A stretch of 64,000 bases of DNA, taken from the IMG/VR virus record IMGVR_UViG_3300026487_000009, positions 3,048 through 67,047 of that record; one strand, 5' to 3'. Position numbers and translations under genes: made by a program. Positions 38,366-47,354 of the stretch are shown here, in pieces. Numbering within the stretch: position 1 is the first letter of the stretch; the number at the start of each line of letters is the position of its first letter. The notes below the pieces were generated by a model. It saw only the letters and a list, made by a program, of their open reading frames with translations. It was not told where the DNA came from and did not search any database. Source of the stretch: a virus.

Positions 38366-39392
38366 ATTAAGCAAAGAATATTTAAAGAAAATAATCGATA
38401 GCGCGAACGAAGTGATCACGGCGCTGGCCGATGAAAACCCGGACCTGTGCAAAGAGAACACGGACGGGATGATCCACGCGTGGGATTACCTGAATGATGA
38501 CGTGGCCACGCCTCAGGTAGTGCGTAATATGGCCCACCAGCTGCTTGCCGGCATGGAGCAAGAGCCACTGTATCAGGTGAGGTATGGCGAGCACTGGCGG
38601 GACCTGGATAAAGTGCAGTACGACGATCACGTTAAACTCGGAGCTGAAAGCCTGCGCATTCTCTACGCCGCCCCGTCAGCGCCGGTAGCGATGAAAGACC
38701 ATCAGATTCGCGACCTGGTAAATGAGCTGCGCGATATCGCCATCGAATATCACGGCACCCAGCAACTACGTGAACGCATTGCTCACACAGTCCGCGCCGC
38801 CATGCTCCAGGGTAAAGCCGAAATTCAGAAGCAAGGGTTAACTGCCTGGTACGGATCCATGCCTGAATCAAACGGTAAAACTAACTGGACCGCGATTTTG
38901 CATCGAAAAGACCAGCGCCAGTGGGAAGGCATCACAGTAGACCGCTCTGAGTATCCTGATCGTGTTCGATACGAAGCTGACAGAATGCGTCACCTGATTG
39001 GTGAGTTAGCGGATGCGCCGGATATTTTGACGTACGATGCCGACGCACACAGCGGATATGTTGAACAACCAGCGGATGCCGAGGGGCTGGAGCGGCGTGT
39101 TAACGATCTGAGCTCGGTTGTGCAGCAGCGCAATGGGGAATGTGATCGCCTGGTCATCGAGCAGCAGAATTTGGTGATGTTGATAAAGGTACTGTGCCGC
39201 TCATTGAAGAAATATAACCACAGCAGTGAGCTTGTAAAGCGCGCAACCAGTTACCTCACCAGGGGAGGTTTTATAAGCGCAGCAGATTGTCTGCGTGGTG
39301 AGTTGCCTGGCAATTCAGAGCAACTGGACAATGCCCCTGCGCAATTTGAGGCGCTAGGAAAGCTGGTGGCCATTCCTGGTGATACAGCATAA
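38358..39392 (+). CDS. Mosaic Eaa-like protein
   Basis: LYAAP.AP module; MKDHQIR.LVN.LRDIA..YH..QQLRE module. Confidence 0.65.
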   Translation: MTELSKEYLKKIIDSANEVITALADENPDLCKENTDGMIHAWDYLNDDVATPQVVRNMAHQLLAGMEQEPLYQVRYGEHWRDLDKVQYDDHVKLGAESLRILYAAPSAPVAMKDHQIRDLVNELRDIAIEYHGTQQLRERIAHTVRAAMLQGKAEIQKQGLTAWYGSMPESNGKTNWTAILHRKDQRQWEGITVDRSEYPDRVRYEADRMRHLIGELADAPDILTYDADAHSGYVEQPADAEGLERRVNDLSSVVQQRNGECDRLVIEQQNLVMLIKVLCRSLKKYNHSSELVKRATSYLTRGGFISAADCLRGELPGNSEQLDNAPAQFEALGKLVAIPGDTA

Positions 39393-39401
39393 GCAGTTAA
39401 A

Positions 39402-39428
39402 GAAGGCCCGATTCACACGGGCTTTTTT
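39402..39428 (+). terminator. Rho-independent terminator
   Basis: AAGGCCCG..CGGGCTTTTTT. Confidence 0.7.
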
Positions 39429-39554
39429 TACTCAAACCGTTTTGTATCACAAAACAGATTGCAAATGGTGAGTGCCGCGCGTATATTTCTTTTCAGGCGA
39501 TAAAACATCCCCTGCGAATCGGCGCTTACCGAAATAGAGATTAAGGATCACCAA

Positions 39555-40973
39555 ATGAAACTGTCCCGCCAGAGCACCACTGAATCCGATAAATTCCATA
39601 AAGAAAGCTCTCCGTTCGGCGTCCGTTCCTCTGAGTTGCTGCGCGGTCGTAAGCATCATTTTCTGGTTGAAAAAGCCACTGAGGCTGAGCTGGAAGCGAT
39701 GGATGATCTGCTGCGCGGAACAGAGTTTGGTAAATACTGTGATGATTGCCCAGTATACGATGAAGGTTATTCCTGTGGCTGGTGGATCGATATCGAAGAT
39801 GTCCCGGCGTTTAAGGCTGAATACAAACGCCTGAAAGGTGAAGTCGCTGCCCGTATCGAGCAGAGCAAAGCGAAAGCGGTAGACGAAGCCCTGGCCGCGA
39901 TGACTTTTACCGATGTGGCCACCATTGCCCGCGTTGCCTATAACGTCCGCACTGAGCTGCTGACCGAAAATGCCACCGTTAACAGCCTGCGTAACCCTGA
40001 CTACTTCACCCCCGCCGCTAACCCGTTCCATCGTGGACGTAACGTGCTGACGGCTGACCTGTGGGCGCTGGTGGCACAATGCTTGATTATCGGCAAAAAC
40101 GAGACGTGCGCCTCTCTTCACCTCCTGGAGAAGAAAGCTAACGCGGAGGTCGAGCGCCGTCATGAAGCTGACGAACCGCGCCGTGTTGCCGAAGTCATAC
40201 GCGCTGAATTCTGGCTGGGCAACCCGGTACGCCAGCGTGAGGATCTGGAGCTGGCCGAGGCACTGGCACGCAAAATTGACCGCCTGATCGGTAACGCTGA
40301 TCAGCTGCCGGAGTTTGGGCGGAAGTATGGCCTTACTCCTGACGATTTTGACTTTGTGCTGTCGCAGACTGAGCGCCTGCATCCGGGTATGCTGGCAGCT
40401 GATATTGAGGCGGCTCACGGTGAAGCACTGGCGGTTAACTCCGCGCTTGACCATTCATTACCGGAATTCAGCACACCGGCATTGCAGCGTTTCTGGCCCG
40501 CCCACACCGCAGGTCTGAAAATGTTAATTATCAATGCTGCACACGCCGCAGCGCTGGAAGAAAACGACGAATTCGACGGCATTATTCGCGACGGCCTAAC
40601 CCCTGAACAGCGTGCAATCCATAACAGCCGAATGGGGATCGACATTTACGGCGAAGGCTTCAAAGAAATAGTAGGGGCTGCGCACGACGAAGCGCTGGCA
40701 ATCAACTATGTGCTGGACGCAATGCCCGACGGCGCTGGTTCGCTTAATGGATACGTGGTGCAGCATGCCGAAGGTACATTCCATAAGGTCTGCGAAAGTA
40801 ACCGGACCCATAACCCGCTACAGGCGAGCTACTTTAGCCCAGAGGACCACCAGCAGGGCCGGATGAAGCAATTTTGTATGAACGGAGAGAGAATCGTGAG
40901 ATTGGGTGATGCCTGCCGCTCTGTGGCCGGTCACGCGAAATCCCCTATACACCAACCCCATAAAAAGGAGTGA
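39555..40973 (+). CDS. Hypothetical protein with three I.AAH.EAL..N repeats
   Basis: 472-aa ORF with AAGGA SD; internal repeats. Confidence 0.7.
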   Translation: MKLSRQSTTESDKFHKESSPFGVRSSELLRGRKHHFLVEKATEAELEAMDDLLRGTEFGKYCDDCPVYDEGYSCGWWIDIEDVPAFKAEYKRLKGEVAARIEQSKAKAVDEALAAMTFTDVATIARVAYNVRTELLTENATVNSLRNPDYFTPAANPFHRGRNVLTADLWALVAQCLIIGKNETCASLHLLEKKANAEVERRHEADEPRRVAEVIRAEFWLGNPVRQREDLELAEALARKIDRLIGNADQLPEFGRKYGLTPDDFDFVLSQTERLHPGMLAADIEAAHGEALAVNSALDHSLPEFSTPALQRFWPAHTAGLKMLIINAAHAAALEENDEFDGIIRDGLTPEQRAIHNSRMGIDIYGEGFKEIVGAAHDEALAINYVLDAMPDGAGSLNGYVVQHAEGTFHKVCESNRTHNPLQASYFSPEDHQQGRMKQFCMNGERIVRLGDACRSVAGHAKSPIHQPHKKE

Positions 40974-40976
40974 GGA

Positions 40977-41213
40977 TTGAAAAAAAATAAAGTTGCCCCT
41001 GATGAGCTTTATCAGGGGCTGCGCGGCAACCAGAACGCCGCCAAAGAAGTACGCCGCGAAGCCGTTATTCACTCGCGCACAACCCCGGAAAAGAAGGTTC
41101 GTTATATCCGCCTGGCAAACGAGCGAGGCGTAAAACTCTCTGAGTGGGTTGATAGCGCACTTGAGAAATATGCCGACGAGCAGGAAGCCAAAAATGAGCA
41201 AAATAACACCTGA
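40977..41213 (+). CDS. Ribbon-helix-helix regulator
   Basis: R.TPEKK..Y.R.A...G.KLSEWV..AL. Confidence 0.7.
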   Translation: MKKNKVAPDELYQGLRGNQNAAKEVRREAVIHSRTTPEKKVRYIRLANERGVKLSEWVDSALEKYADEQEAKNEQNNT

Positions 41214-41892
41214 GCAGATTCATAACGCGATGTTCAGCTCCCAAGAGGGCTATGTTGCCTATGTGATTGACTCCATCGAGTTTGACCTTGGTCGCATTCT
41301 TGCCGACGAAGAGCAGCGATCAGTTGCGCAATTTGTCGATGGGGTGATCACCACTAATGCCAACGTGAAAGAGGCCGGAGAAGTGGCCCGCGCCGCGCTG
41401 GACTACATCGACGCGATCCCAGCTGAAATCGTCGCAACGTTCCCGGTAATGCCGGGCTTTGACCGAGACTGGGCCGAAAAGGTGCTGGCTGGTGGCGTGC
41501 CTGGCGACGTGCTGGAGCAGGCGGCACCGATTGACCGTCACCATATGGTCGATATGTCCGGCATTGAGCTGCCCGAAGATGCGGAGCGTAAAGAGGCATT
41601 TATTGACGCTATGAGGGCGCGGGATATGGGTGGATTTACCGACACACAATTAATCGCACACATCATGGACAAGGCCGCGCGTATAAAGCCTGATCGCCAA
41701 ATTGATAACGAGCACCGCAAAGAGGCGCTGATGAATTTGCGCATACTTGAAATTGCGCTTGCCGCGCTGATGGCCCCGGACGATGTGCCGCGTCCGGTAA
41801 TGGACGGTATTTGCGATATGAGTGACGGCGGCGTTGATGCGCAGGGTATCTGGGATCTGTGTAAGGCTGCAATTATCAATGGCGTTGCGTAA
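41194..41892 (+). CDS. Mosaic hypothetical protein
   Basis: PGFDRDWA and EIALAAL modules. Confidence 0.6.
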   Translation: MSKITPEQIHNAMFSSQEGYVAYVIDSIEFDLGRILADEEQRSVAQFVDGVITTNANVKEAGEVARAALDYIDAIPAEIVATFPVMPGFDRDWAEKVLAGGVPGDVLEQAAPIDRHHMVDMSGIELPEDAERKEAFIDAMRARDMGGFTDTQLIAHIMDKAARIKPDRQIDNEHRKEALMNLRILEIALAALMAPDDVPRPVMDGICDMSDGGVDAQGIWDLCKAAIINGVA

Positions 41893-42248
41893 TGGCTAAT
41901 GAGTTCAAGCGCCTCACTCAGAAAGAGAAGGACAAGCTGCGCCGTAAAGCCCTCGAAGCCCTGGCGAACGAGAACTATGGCGACGACGGCGACGGTTTCC
42001 ATGAGCATGCCACCGCGCAGGCAGTGATCGCGCTGGTGGATGAAATCGCCGCCCTGAAAGCAGCGAAGAATAAACTCGATTTTACCCCAGCGCAGCTGGA
42101 GGCCATTAAGCGGATGACCGATGACATGGCCTCAATGATTGGCTGCGGTGAAGATAAATCAGACGAGATCTGGCGCAAGAACGTGAAGCTAATTGATCGG
42201 ATGTTAGAGAAAAACGGCCATAAGCGATATTTCAAAGGTGAGGACTAA
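41892..42248 (+). CDS. Ead/Ea22-like protein
   Basis: AT..AVIALVDEI. Confidence 0.55.
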   Translation: MANEFKRLTQKEKDKLRRKALEALANENYGDDGDGFHEHATAQAVIALVDEIAALKAAKNKLDFTPAQLEAIKRMTDDMASMIGCGEDKSDEIWRKNVKLIDRMLEKNGHKRYFKGED

Positions 42249-42251
42249 CCG

Positions 42252-42545
42252 ATGTTAACCAAAGAGCATTTGATATGGTGCGCTCAAGAGCGCATTGGGG
42301 CTGCGCGGGAGATCGCCGAAACTACACCATCACCTGCTGAACGTTCCGCGTGTGAGGTGAGCATTGCCTTGCTTAATGCAGCACTGGCATCGCTGACGGC
42401 TGAGCCAGTGGGGTGGACTGACGAAGTAGAGTTGCGTGATGTTGACCGAGGCGGCTGCGGATACCTGTTCACCTGCAAGCCTGTCACACCTCACGCCGAT
42501 GAGCGCCGCGTGATAAAACTTTACCGCCTGCCGGAGATCGAATAA
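42252..42545 (+). CDS. Eaa-like protein
   Basis: LTKE.L, ALASL.AEPV.WTD. Confidence 0.6.
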   Translation: MLTKEHLIWCAQERIGAAREIAETTPSPAERSACEVSIALLNAALASLTAEPVGWTDEVELRDVDRGGCGYLFTCKPVTPHADERRVIKLYRLPEIE

Positions 42546-42979
42546 TGCAATTCACCAAAAAGCAGTTGATAGCAAGGGCGCGTAGGGTGTCAGAGATAAA
42601 CGACCGACACATTGCCGCAGCGCCTGACGCTTCCGGGCTAGCAATGGATAACGCCCTATTTGAAATCGCACTGGCGGCACTGACGGCTGAACCAGTTTAT
42701 TTCGTTGAAATAGAAGGCGACCAGGACATAAACGCTGGGCGTGTTACAGAGGGGAAACGTCCCGATTTAGGGCTGCTGCCGGACGGGATTAATCACCTCT
42801 ACGCTGCCCCGCCAGCGCCGGTAGTGCCTGATGGCGTGCTTAACAGTCTTGAACATGAGGCAAATCACGTCACTGACTGGCATCACATGGATGAGCACTC
42901 ATGCAAGGTAAATCGCCGCGACCTGCTGACGTTGGTTAATGCCTGCCGCGCCGCCATGCAACCAAAGGACGGTAAATAA
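42545..42979 (+). CDS. Eaa-like protein
   Basis: FTK.QLI, EIALAAL.AEPV and LYAAPPAPVVP. Confidence 0.6.
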   Translation: MQFTKKQLIARARRVSEINDRHIAAAPDASGLAMDNALFEIALAALTAEPVYFVEIEGDQDINAGRVTEGKRPDLGLLPDGINHLYAAPPAPVVPDGVLNSLEHEANHVTDWHHMDEHSCKVNRRDLLTLVNACRAAMQPKDGK

Positions 42980-43395
42980 TGGATCCTACAAACGAGCTGT
43001 TAATCAAGATTGCCAGAATCCGTATCGAGGAGGCGCAGACGCAACTTAACTACGGCGCTCCGGCCCAGGTGCTGGATGCCGCCCGGGTAGATTTGCGCCT
43101 GGCTGAATTGGCGCTGGTGGCACTGCAAGAGCAGGGGAAACCACCAGCCCAGCCGGTTGCCGAAGTAGTGGCATGGTCACACCCACAGAGTCCTCGCACA
43201 TGCGATATCCGCGCGTTACGCCCTGACATTGCGCCAGGGCTATTGTATGCCGCGCCGCCAGTGCAGATGGAAGCCAAAGCAGATTACACCCTGTACGAGT
43301 GTACGGGCTGCGAACATCTTTCAGTCGATCACCACCCGACGTCTTGTGATTGTGGCTCAACGGTCTGGACTGCGATCCCAGTGGTGCGTAAATGA
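42979..43395 (+). CDS. Eaa-like protein with C-terminal Zn ribbon
   Basis: LYAAPP; C..C...CDC. Confidence 0.55.
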   Translation: MDPTNELLIKIARIRIEEAQTQLNYGAPAQVLDAARVDLRLAELALVALQEQGKPPAQPVAEVVAWSHPQSPRTCDIRALRPDIAPGLLYAAPPVQMEAKADYTLYECTGCEHLSVDHHPTSCDCGSTVWTAIPVVRK

Positions 43396-43685
43396 GTAAA
43401 CGCGAAGAGCTGCTTGCCCGTCATAGCCAGCGCCTCAACAAAATGATGCTGGAGCACCAGCAGGAGATCCACGACCTGATCGCCCAACAGCAACGCGAAC
43501 TGGCCGCGCTGATGATTGCCGAGGATGACGCGCAGCGGGCGCTGGACGTGCTGAGTATCGTGAAAGCCCCGTTGCAGCATACCGCAAACGGATACTCGCA
43601 GCTGGCAGATACAGAAGATGCGCGTTGCCTGGTGCGGATTATTAACGAGACTATGAACGAAATCCGCGAGAGATATAAGCAATGA
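43392..43685 (+). CDS. Coiled-coil hypothetical protein
   Basis: ATGA-coupled. Confidence 0.55.
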   Translation: MSKREELLARHSQRLNKMMLEHQQEIHDLIAQQQRELAALMIAEDDAQRALDVLSIVKAPLQHTANGYSQLADTEDARCLVRIINETMNEIRERYKQ

Positions 43686-43748
43686 GCAAGCCAATAACGG
43701 AAGAACGCCTGAAAGAGCTTAGCACAGCAACAAATCCGGTTGCCGGCA

Positions 43749-44051
43749 ATGCCAACTAAAGCAGATTTACAGGCCAAATGTGCGTTACTCGAGGCAGAGG
43801 TTGTCGATCTTCAACGGCAGCTGCTGCGCATGGAGCGAGAGTTAAGCGGCCAGCTACTGCCGGAAGAGATCGAGCCTAAGGACATGCCCACCCCGCTGCG
43901 AGCGCAGATGAAGCGGCATAAGGTCCCCTGGGAAGCGTTCTGGTGCTATGACCATGAGCGCTGGCTGGATGAACTGAGCAGCAGCTTCCCGCATGACATC
44001 TACGGAACATGCCCGGCATGCAGGGGGGAACATGCCGAGAACAGCGATTGA
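43749..44051 (+). CDS. Hypothetical protein
   Basis: FWC..H..W and C..C. Confidence 0.55.
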   Translation: MPTKADLQAKCALLEAEVVDLQRQLLRMERELSGQLLPEEIEPKDMPTPLRAQMKRHKVPWEAFWCYDHERWLDELSSSFPHDIYGTCPACRGEHAENSD

Positions 44052-44292
44052 GAGAGTGGGGAATATTCATGGCCACCAATATAGCTGGTGGCAACCCGGC
44101 AGCGTTTACATCTGCGGAATATGCGGCACAGCAGAGCACCGGAATGGTCGGTACTGGTGGGCTGGGCGCTGGTCTAAGGTGGAGCCGCCATGCGGCAACA
44201 GTTCGCCAGCACCGCGGGAGAGGTACAACAGTGCCAACCTTGATCCTGAATGGCCGGACAGCCCGGATATGGCGGTGGAACAGGGCGGGTGA
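44032..44292 (+). CDS. Small Cys/Trp-rich hypothetical protein
   Basis: GGGGG SD; C.ICG and EPPC. Confidence 0.45.
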   Translation: MPRTAIERVGNIHGHQYSWWQPGSVYICGICGTAEHRNGRYWWAGRWSKVEPPCGNSSPAPRERYNSANLDPEWPDSPDMAVEQGG

Positions 44293-44446
44293 GGCCTAAT
44301 TTCTGAGATACCTAGCGCCCAGAATCCCGAGCAAACAGGTATGGAATGGCATTACTCATTTGCATGTGTTGACAAGCAAATGGGGAGGGTATCACTATGT
44401 CCTTGTTGTCACATGGCAAAGATAAAAGCGCTTAAGGATTCCAGTA

Positions 44447-44671
44447 ATGAACGATAAGGCAGCAGCGCGTGATCCACGCAGCTTAAACTCGATGAAAGAC
44501 GTAGCACCAGCCACTGCTCATGTGCATATGCGCGTTACGCCCGATCGCAAAATCCGCTATGTGAGACAAGCGGAGAAAGAGGGGCTTAAACTCGCTGAGT
44601 GGATACAGAAACACATGGATGCCGTATGTAATGCTGCCGGTACGCCAGATACCTCGCAACACTGGGAGTAA
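44447..44671 (+). CDS. Ribbon-helix-helix regulator (paralogue of 40977)
   Basis: HMRVTPDRK.RYVRQA..EGLKLAEWI. Confidence 0.75.
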   Translation: MNDKAAARDPRSLNSMKDVAPATAHVHMRVTPDRKIRYVRQAEKEGLKLAEWIQKHMDAVCNAAGTPDTSQHWE

Positions 44672-44743
44672 ATACGCAGCGCTGTGAGTTCACCTGGTGG
44701 GGGTGGTGCGGAAGCTCAGGACGGGTACCAAAATGCAGTAATT

Positions 44744-44762
44744 AAAGTTTAGTGTATTTGAT
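44744..44762 (-). promoter_or_regulatory. Probable C1 operator
   Basis: rc ATCAAATACACTAAACTTT upstream of lpa. Confidence 0.55.
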
Positions 44763-44960
44763 ATCGAGATCAAGCGACCTTCCGGCACATCACACTTGCC
44801 GCCATGCAGGAAAATAGCTACTCTACGGCTGAGGATGGCTTTGTGGCATTCTCAGATTTGACACATACCTATAAGGCGCACTTAAGCGCCTTTTTTCTTA
44901 TACCTGCCTCAAAAAGCGCATAGTTTTTGCGGATAGCGCTGCTTATAATCCGACCAGATA

Positions 44961-44979
44961 TTAATTTAGTGTTATTTGC
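44961..44979 (-). promoter_or_regulatory. Probable C1 operator
   Basis: rc GCAAATAACACTAAATTAA immediately before lpa. Confidence 0.55.
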
Positions 44980-44989
44980 TGGCGGCTCA

Positions 44990-45385
44990 ATGAAGAAACC
45001 CCAAAAGGTAAGCTCCTGGGAGATATCTCGCTTCATGCTTGAGAATGGCGGCGCCTTAACTGCCCCTGACGTCGCTGATATCATGCGAAGAAAATACCCT
45101 GATATGCACGTCGAACAGCGCGCCGTTTACCTGATCATGCGCTCAATCTGCTTCTCGAACTACTCCCACGCGATCGTTGATAAATCGGTCCGGCCCATGA
45201 CGTTCAGGCTGGTATCGATGGATTCGCGTTTCTTCAAAGGGAGGATGGCCTACGATCGGATGGATGAAGTTTCGAAGGAAATGGTGTCCGGTAACCGAAT
45301 GGATAAGGAGGAGCAAACCCGGGAGTTACACCGGTTTGCCCGCTCCTGTTTTGATGCGATGGTCAGGCGCTGCCGAACTTCTTAA
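44990..45385 (+). CDS. lpa: Late promoter activator Lpa (gp10)-like
   Basis: S..E...FM, KYP...V..R.VYL and D.S.RP..F...S....FF; position upstream of pac. Confidence 0.75.
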   Translation: MKKPQKVSSWEISRFMLENGGALTAPDVADIMRRKYPDMHVEQRAVYLIMRSICFSNYSHAIVDKSVRPMTFRLVSMDSRFFKGRMAYDRMDEVSKEMVSGNRMDKEEQTRELHRFARSCFDAMVRRCRTS

Positions 45386-45851
45386 ATCGTTTTGTTACGG
45401 TTGTTGCAGCGGTGATCTCCTGGGAGTCACCGGCAACAGGCTGCTCATCTTCCTGATTTACCTGCGCGGGTTCGTCCTGCGCCTGCGTTGTCACTGTTTC
45501 AGCTGGCTTTGGCTCTTCCGCTGGTGGCGTTGCCGGCAAACTGCTGGTGGCCGCCGGGATTGTCGAAATATCCACATCCAGTCGCAGCTGAAAAGCCTGC
45601 AGGATCATCATTTGCTTTTCCATCTGTGACGCAAGGTGGAACTTTTGCGTATCCAGGAAGGCAAAGACATTACTCAGCCCGGCCTCTTCAACCATCGCGC
45701 CGCTACGCAGGGTATCTGTGAGGATGGCGCGCTTCACTATGCTGGTGCGTTCGCCTTTAAATCGCTCGTGTAACCGAGCGATAGAAGGGGACTGGCGAGC
45801 GGCCTGCGTGATATCCAGCTGTAATGTCTGGCGCTTAGGGCGTTCAGCCAT
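45363..45851 (-). CDS. Partition adaptor ParR/StbB-like
   Basis: Directly downstream of the ParM gene; helical N-domain with disordered tail. Confidence 0.6.
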   Translation of the reverse strand: MAERPKRQTLQLDITQAARQSPSIARLHERFKGERTSIVKRAILTDTLRSGAMVEEAGLSNVFAFLDTQKFHLASQMEKQMMILQAFQLRLDVDISTIPAATSSLPATPPAEEPKPAETVTTQAQDEPAQVNQEDEQPVAGDSQEITAATTVTKRFKKFGSA

Positions 45852-45853
45852 AA

Positions 45854-46924
45854 TTATTCATTCTCCAGTTCCTGATGCTCACCGAGGGCAAGCAGATGAA
45901 CACCACGTACAACTGCCATCTCCGGCTGCTCCGGGATATACACGTACTGGTGCCACTCTTCAGCATAGTTCGGTAAATAGCTCAGTCTGCCGCCCAGCCA
46001 GTTCGCGCCGCCACCAACGACCAGCAGCACGTCAATATCAGAAAGGTTGCGATGCAGCGCCCGGATGTCGGAGCGGATCAGGCTTGCCAGCTCCTGCGCG
46101 GCGATCTTCACCAGCTTCTCAATATTGATGCGCTTTGATGCCATCGCGGGTGCGCTGGAACCGATGTAGCCGTTTTCAATAATCGTATCGAGCGCTGCCG
46201 GGTTGATTTCTTTCGCCTCAACAATGCCCAGCTCCTGCTCGTGCTCCATCAGCAGCGCATGGAAGCGTTTAATCAGCATGTGGATGCCGTTCTCTGTCGT
46301 CAGGCGGCTAATCACGTCGTCGTTATCGTCCAGCATGGCGAGATCGCAAGTGAAGCGACCGATGTCTACAACGATGGAATGGCGCACGCCTTCCATGGCC
46401 GGGTTTTCTGAACCATCATCTGCGACAGATGCAGAAACAAAGGCAGGCACAGCTTCGGGCCAGATTTTTACTTCCAGAATTCGCGGAGGTGTAACTTTAC
46501 CGGTGTAGTTTTTCACCGGCAGCATCAGAGACTTTTTCTTCGCCTCGATGCGCTCGTGGTTAATACCGTTTTCGCCGTAGAACTGATCTGCAGGCAGGGT
46601 ATCAGCAAGGATAATATCGCGGCCTTCCAGCCCGGCTTTCACAAGGGCGTCAACAACCAGCACGCGGTTAGCGTCAGAAATTTGATACTGGGGATCGCAG
46701 GTGTCAACCAGGTCCATGCGGGAGCCGGTGGAGGTGACAGAATAGAGTTCACCCTCTGCAGTGTGCCAGGTGCTATTGGACTCTTTACTGCCTTGCTGGA
46801 GATGGCCGCGGCGAATCACCGAGCGCATGATGAACTGATGTGCTTTGCCGTCTTCATTAAGATAACGAACAGCAATATTTCCAGAACCGCCATCGATAGC
46901 CACTAACACAGGCTTCTGCTTCAT
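45854..46924 (-). CDS. parM: Actin-like partition ATPase ParM/StbA
   Basis: AIDGG.GN, PEAVPA, VVDIGRFTCD and LVVGGGA; AAGGAG SD before ATG 46924. Confidence 0.9.
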   Translation of the reverse strand: MKQKPVLVAIDGGSGNIAVRYLNEDGKAHQFIMRSVIRRGHLQQGSKESNSTWHTAEGELYSVTSTGSRMDLVDTCDPQYQISDANRVLVVDALVKAGLEGRDIILADTLPADQFYGENGINHERIEAKKKSLMLPVKNYTGKVTPPRILEVKIWPEAVPAFVSASVADDGSENPAMEGVRHSIVVDIGRFTCDLAMLDDNDDVISRLTTENGIHMLIKRFHALLMEHEQELGIVEAKEINPAALDTIIENGYIGSSAPAMASKRINIEKLVKIAAQELASLIRSDIRALHRNLSDIDVLLVVGGGANWLGGRLSYLPNYAEEWHQYVYIPEQPEMAVVRGVHLLALGEHQELENE

Positions 46925-47053
46925 AAATTGCTCCTTAGATTGAATAAAAAGGTGTTTTACAGCAGCGAAAATATTGCAGAAACACATTAATTTTGCAACA
47001 AAAAACCATTCAAATTGCAGCGTAGCGCGACATTTTTAGCCTCCCGCCTCAGC

Positions 47054-47354
47054 TGATCACCAGCATGATCACCTAATGATCAGTCACTGATCAAAGCCAC
47101 CTTACTTTCGTTATGATCAATTTAGTGTCTGTTGCATTGAAGATGGCCTGCATGACCTGGGACGAACATAAAGAAAACTATAAGTTACTGCTCGCTGCCT
47201 CTCCGGGTATGACCATAGCCGAATACGCCGCCCAGCATGGGTTGAACGCTAATACAGCGCGGCGTTACCTGAGGAGTAATGAGGGGCAACCAGCAGGGCA
47301 AAAGAAGGTGATCAAGCTGGGTGGTGATCATTCGAATGATCAAACCGGTGATCA
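47054..47354 (+). other. pac packaging site: nine TGATCA hexamers
   Basis: TGATCA at 47054, 47066, 47077, 47088, 47114 and, inside pacA, 47309, 47325, 47337, 47349. Confidence 0.8.
47099..47135 (+). promoter_or_regulatory. P1-type late promoter plus operator before pacA
   Basis: ACCTTACTT-4-TATGAT resembles the P1 -22 AAGTTACTT/-10 layout; operator copy at 47117-47135. Confidence 0.5.

Noticed and set aside
39447-40454. 335-aa antisense ORF
   Set aside because: Shadow of the 39555 gene; GTG start, no SD, no recognisable motifs
44684-44732. tRNA remnant ending in ACCA
   Set aside because: No T-loop or acceptor pairing
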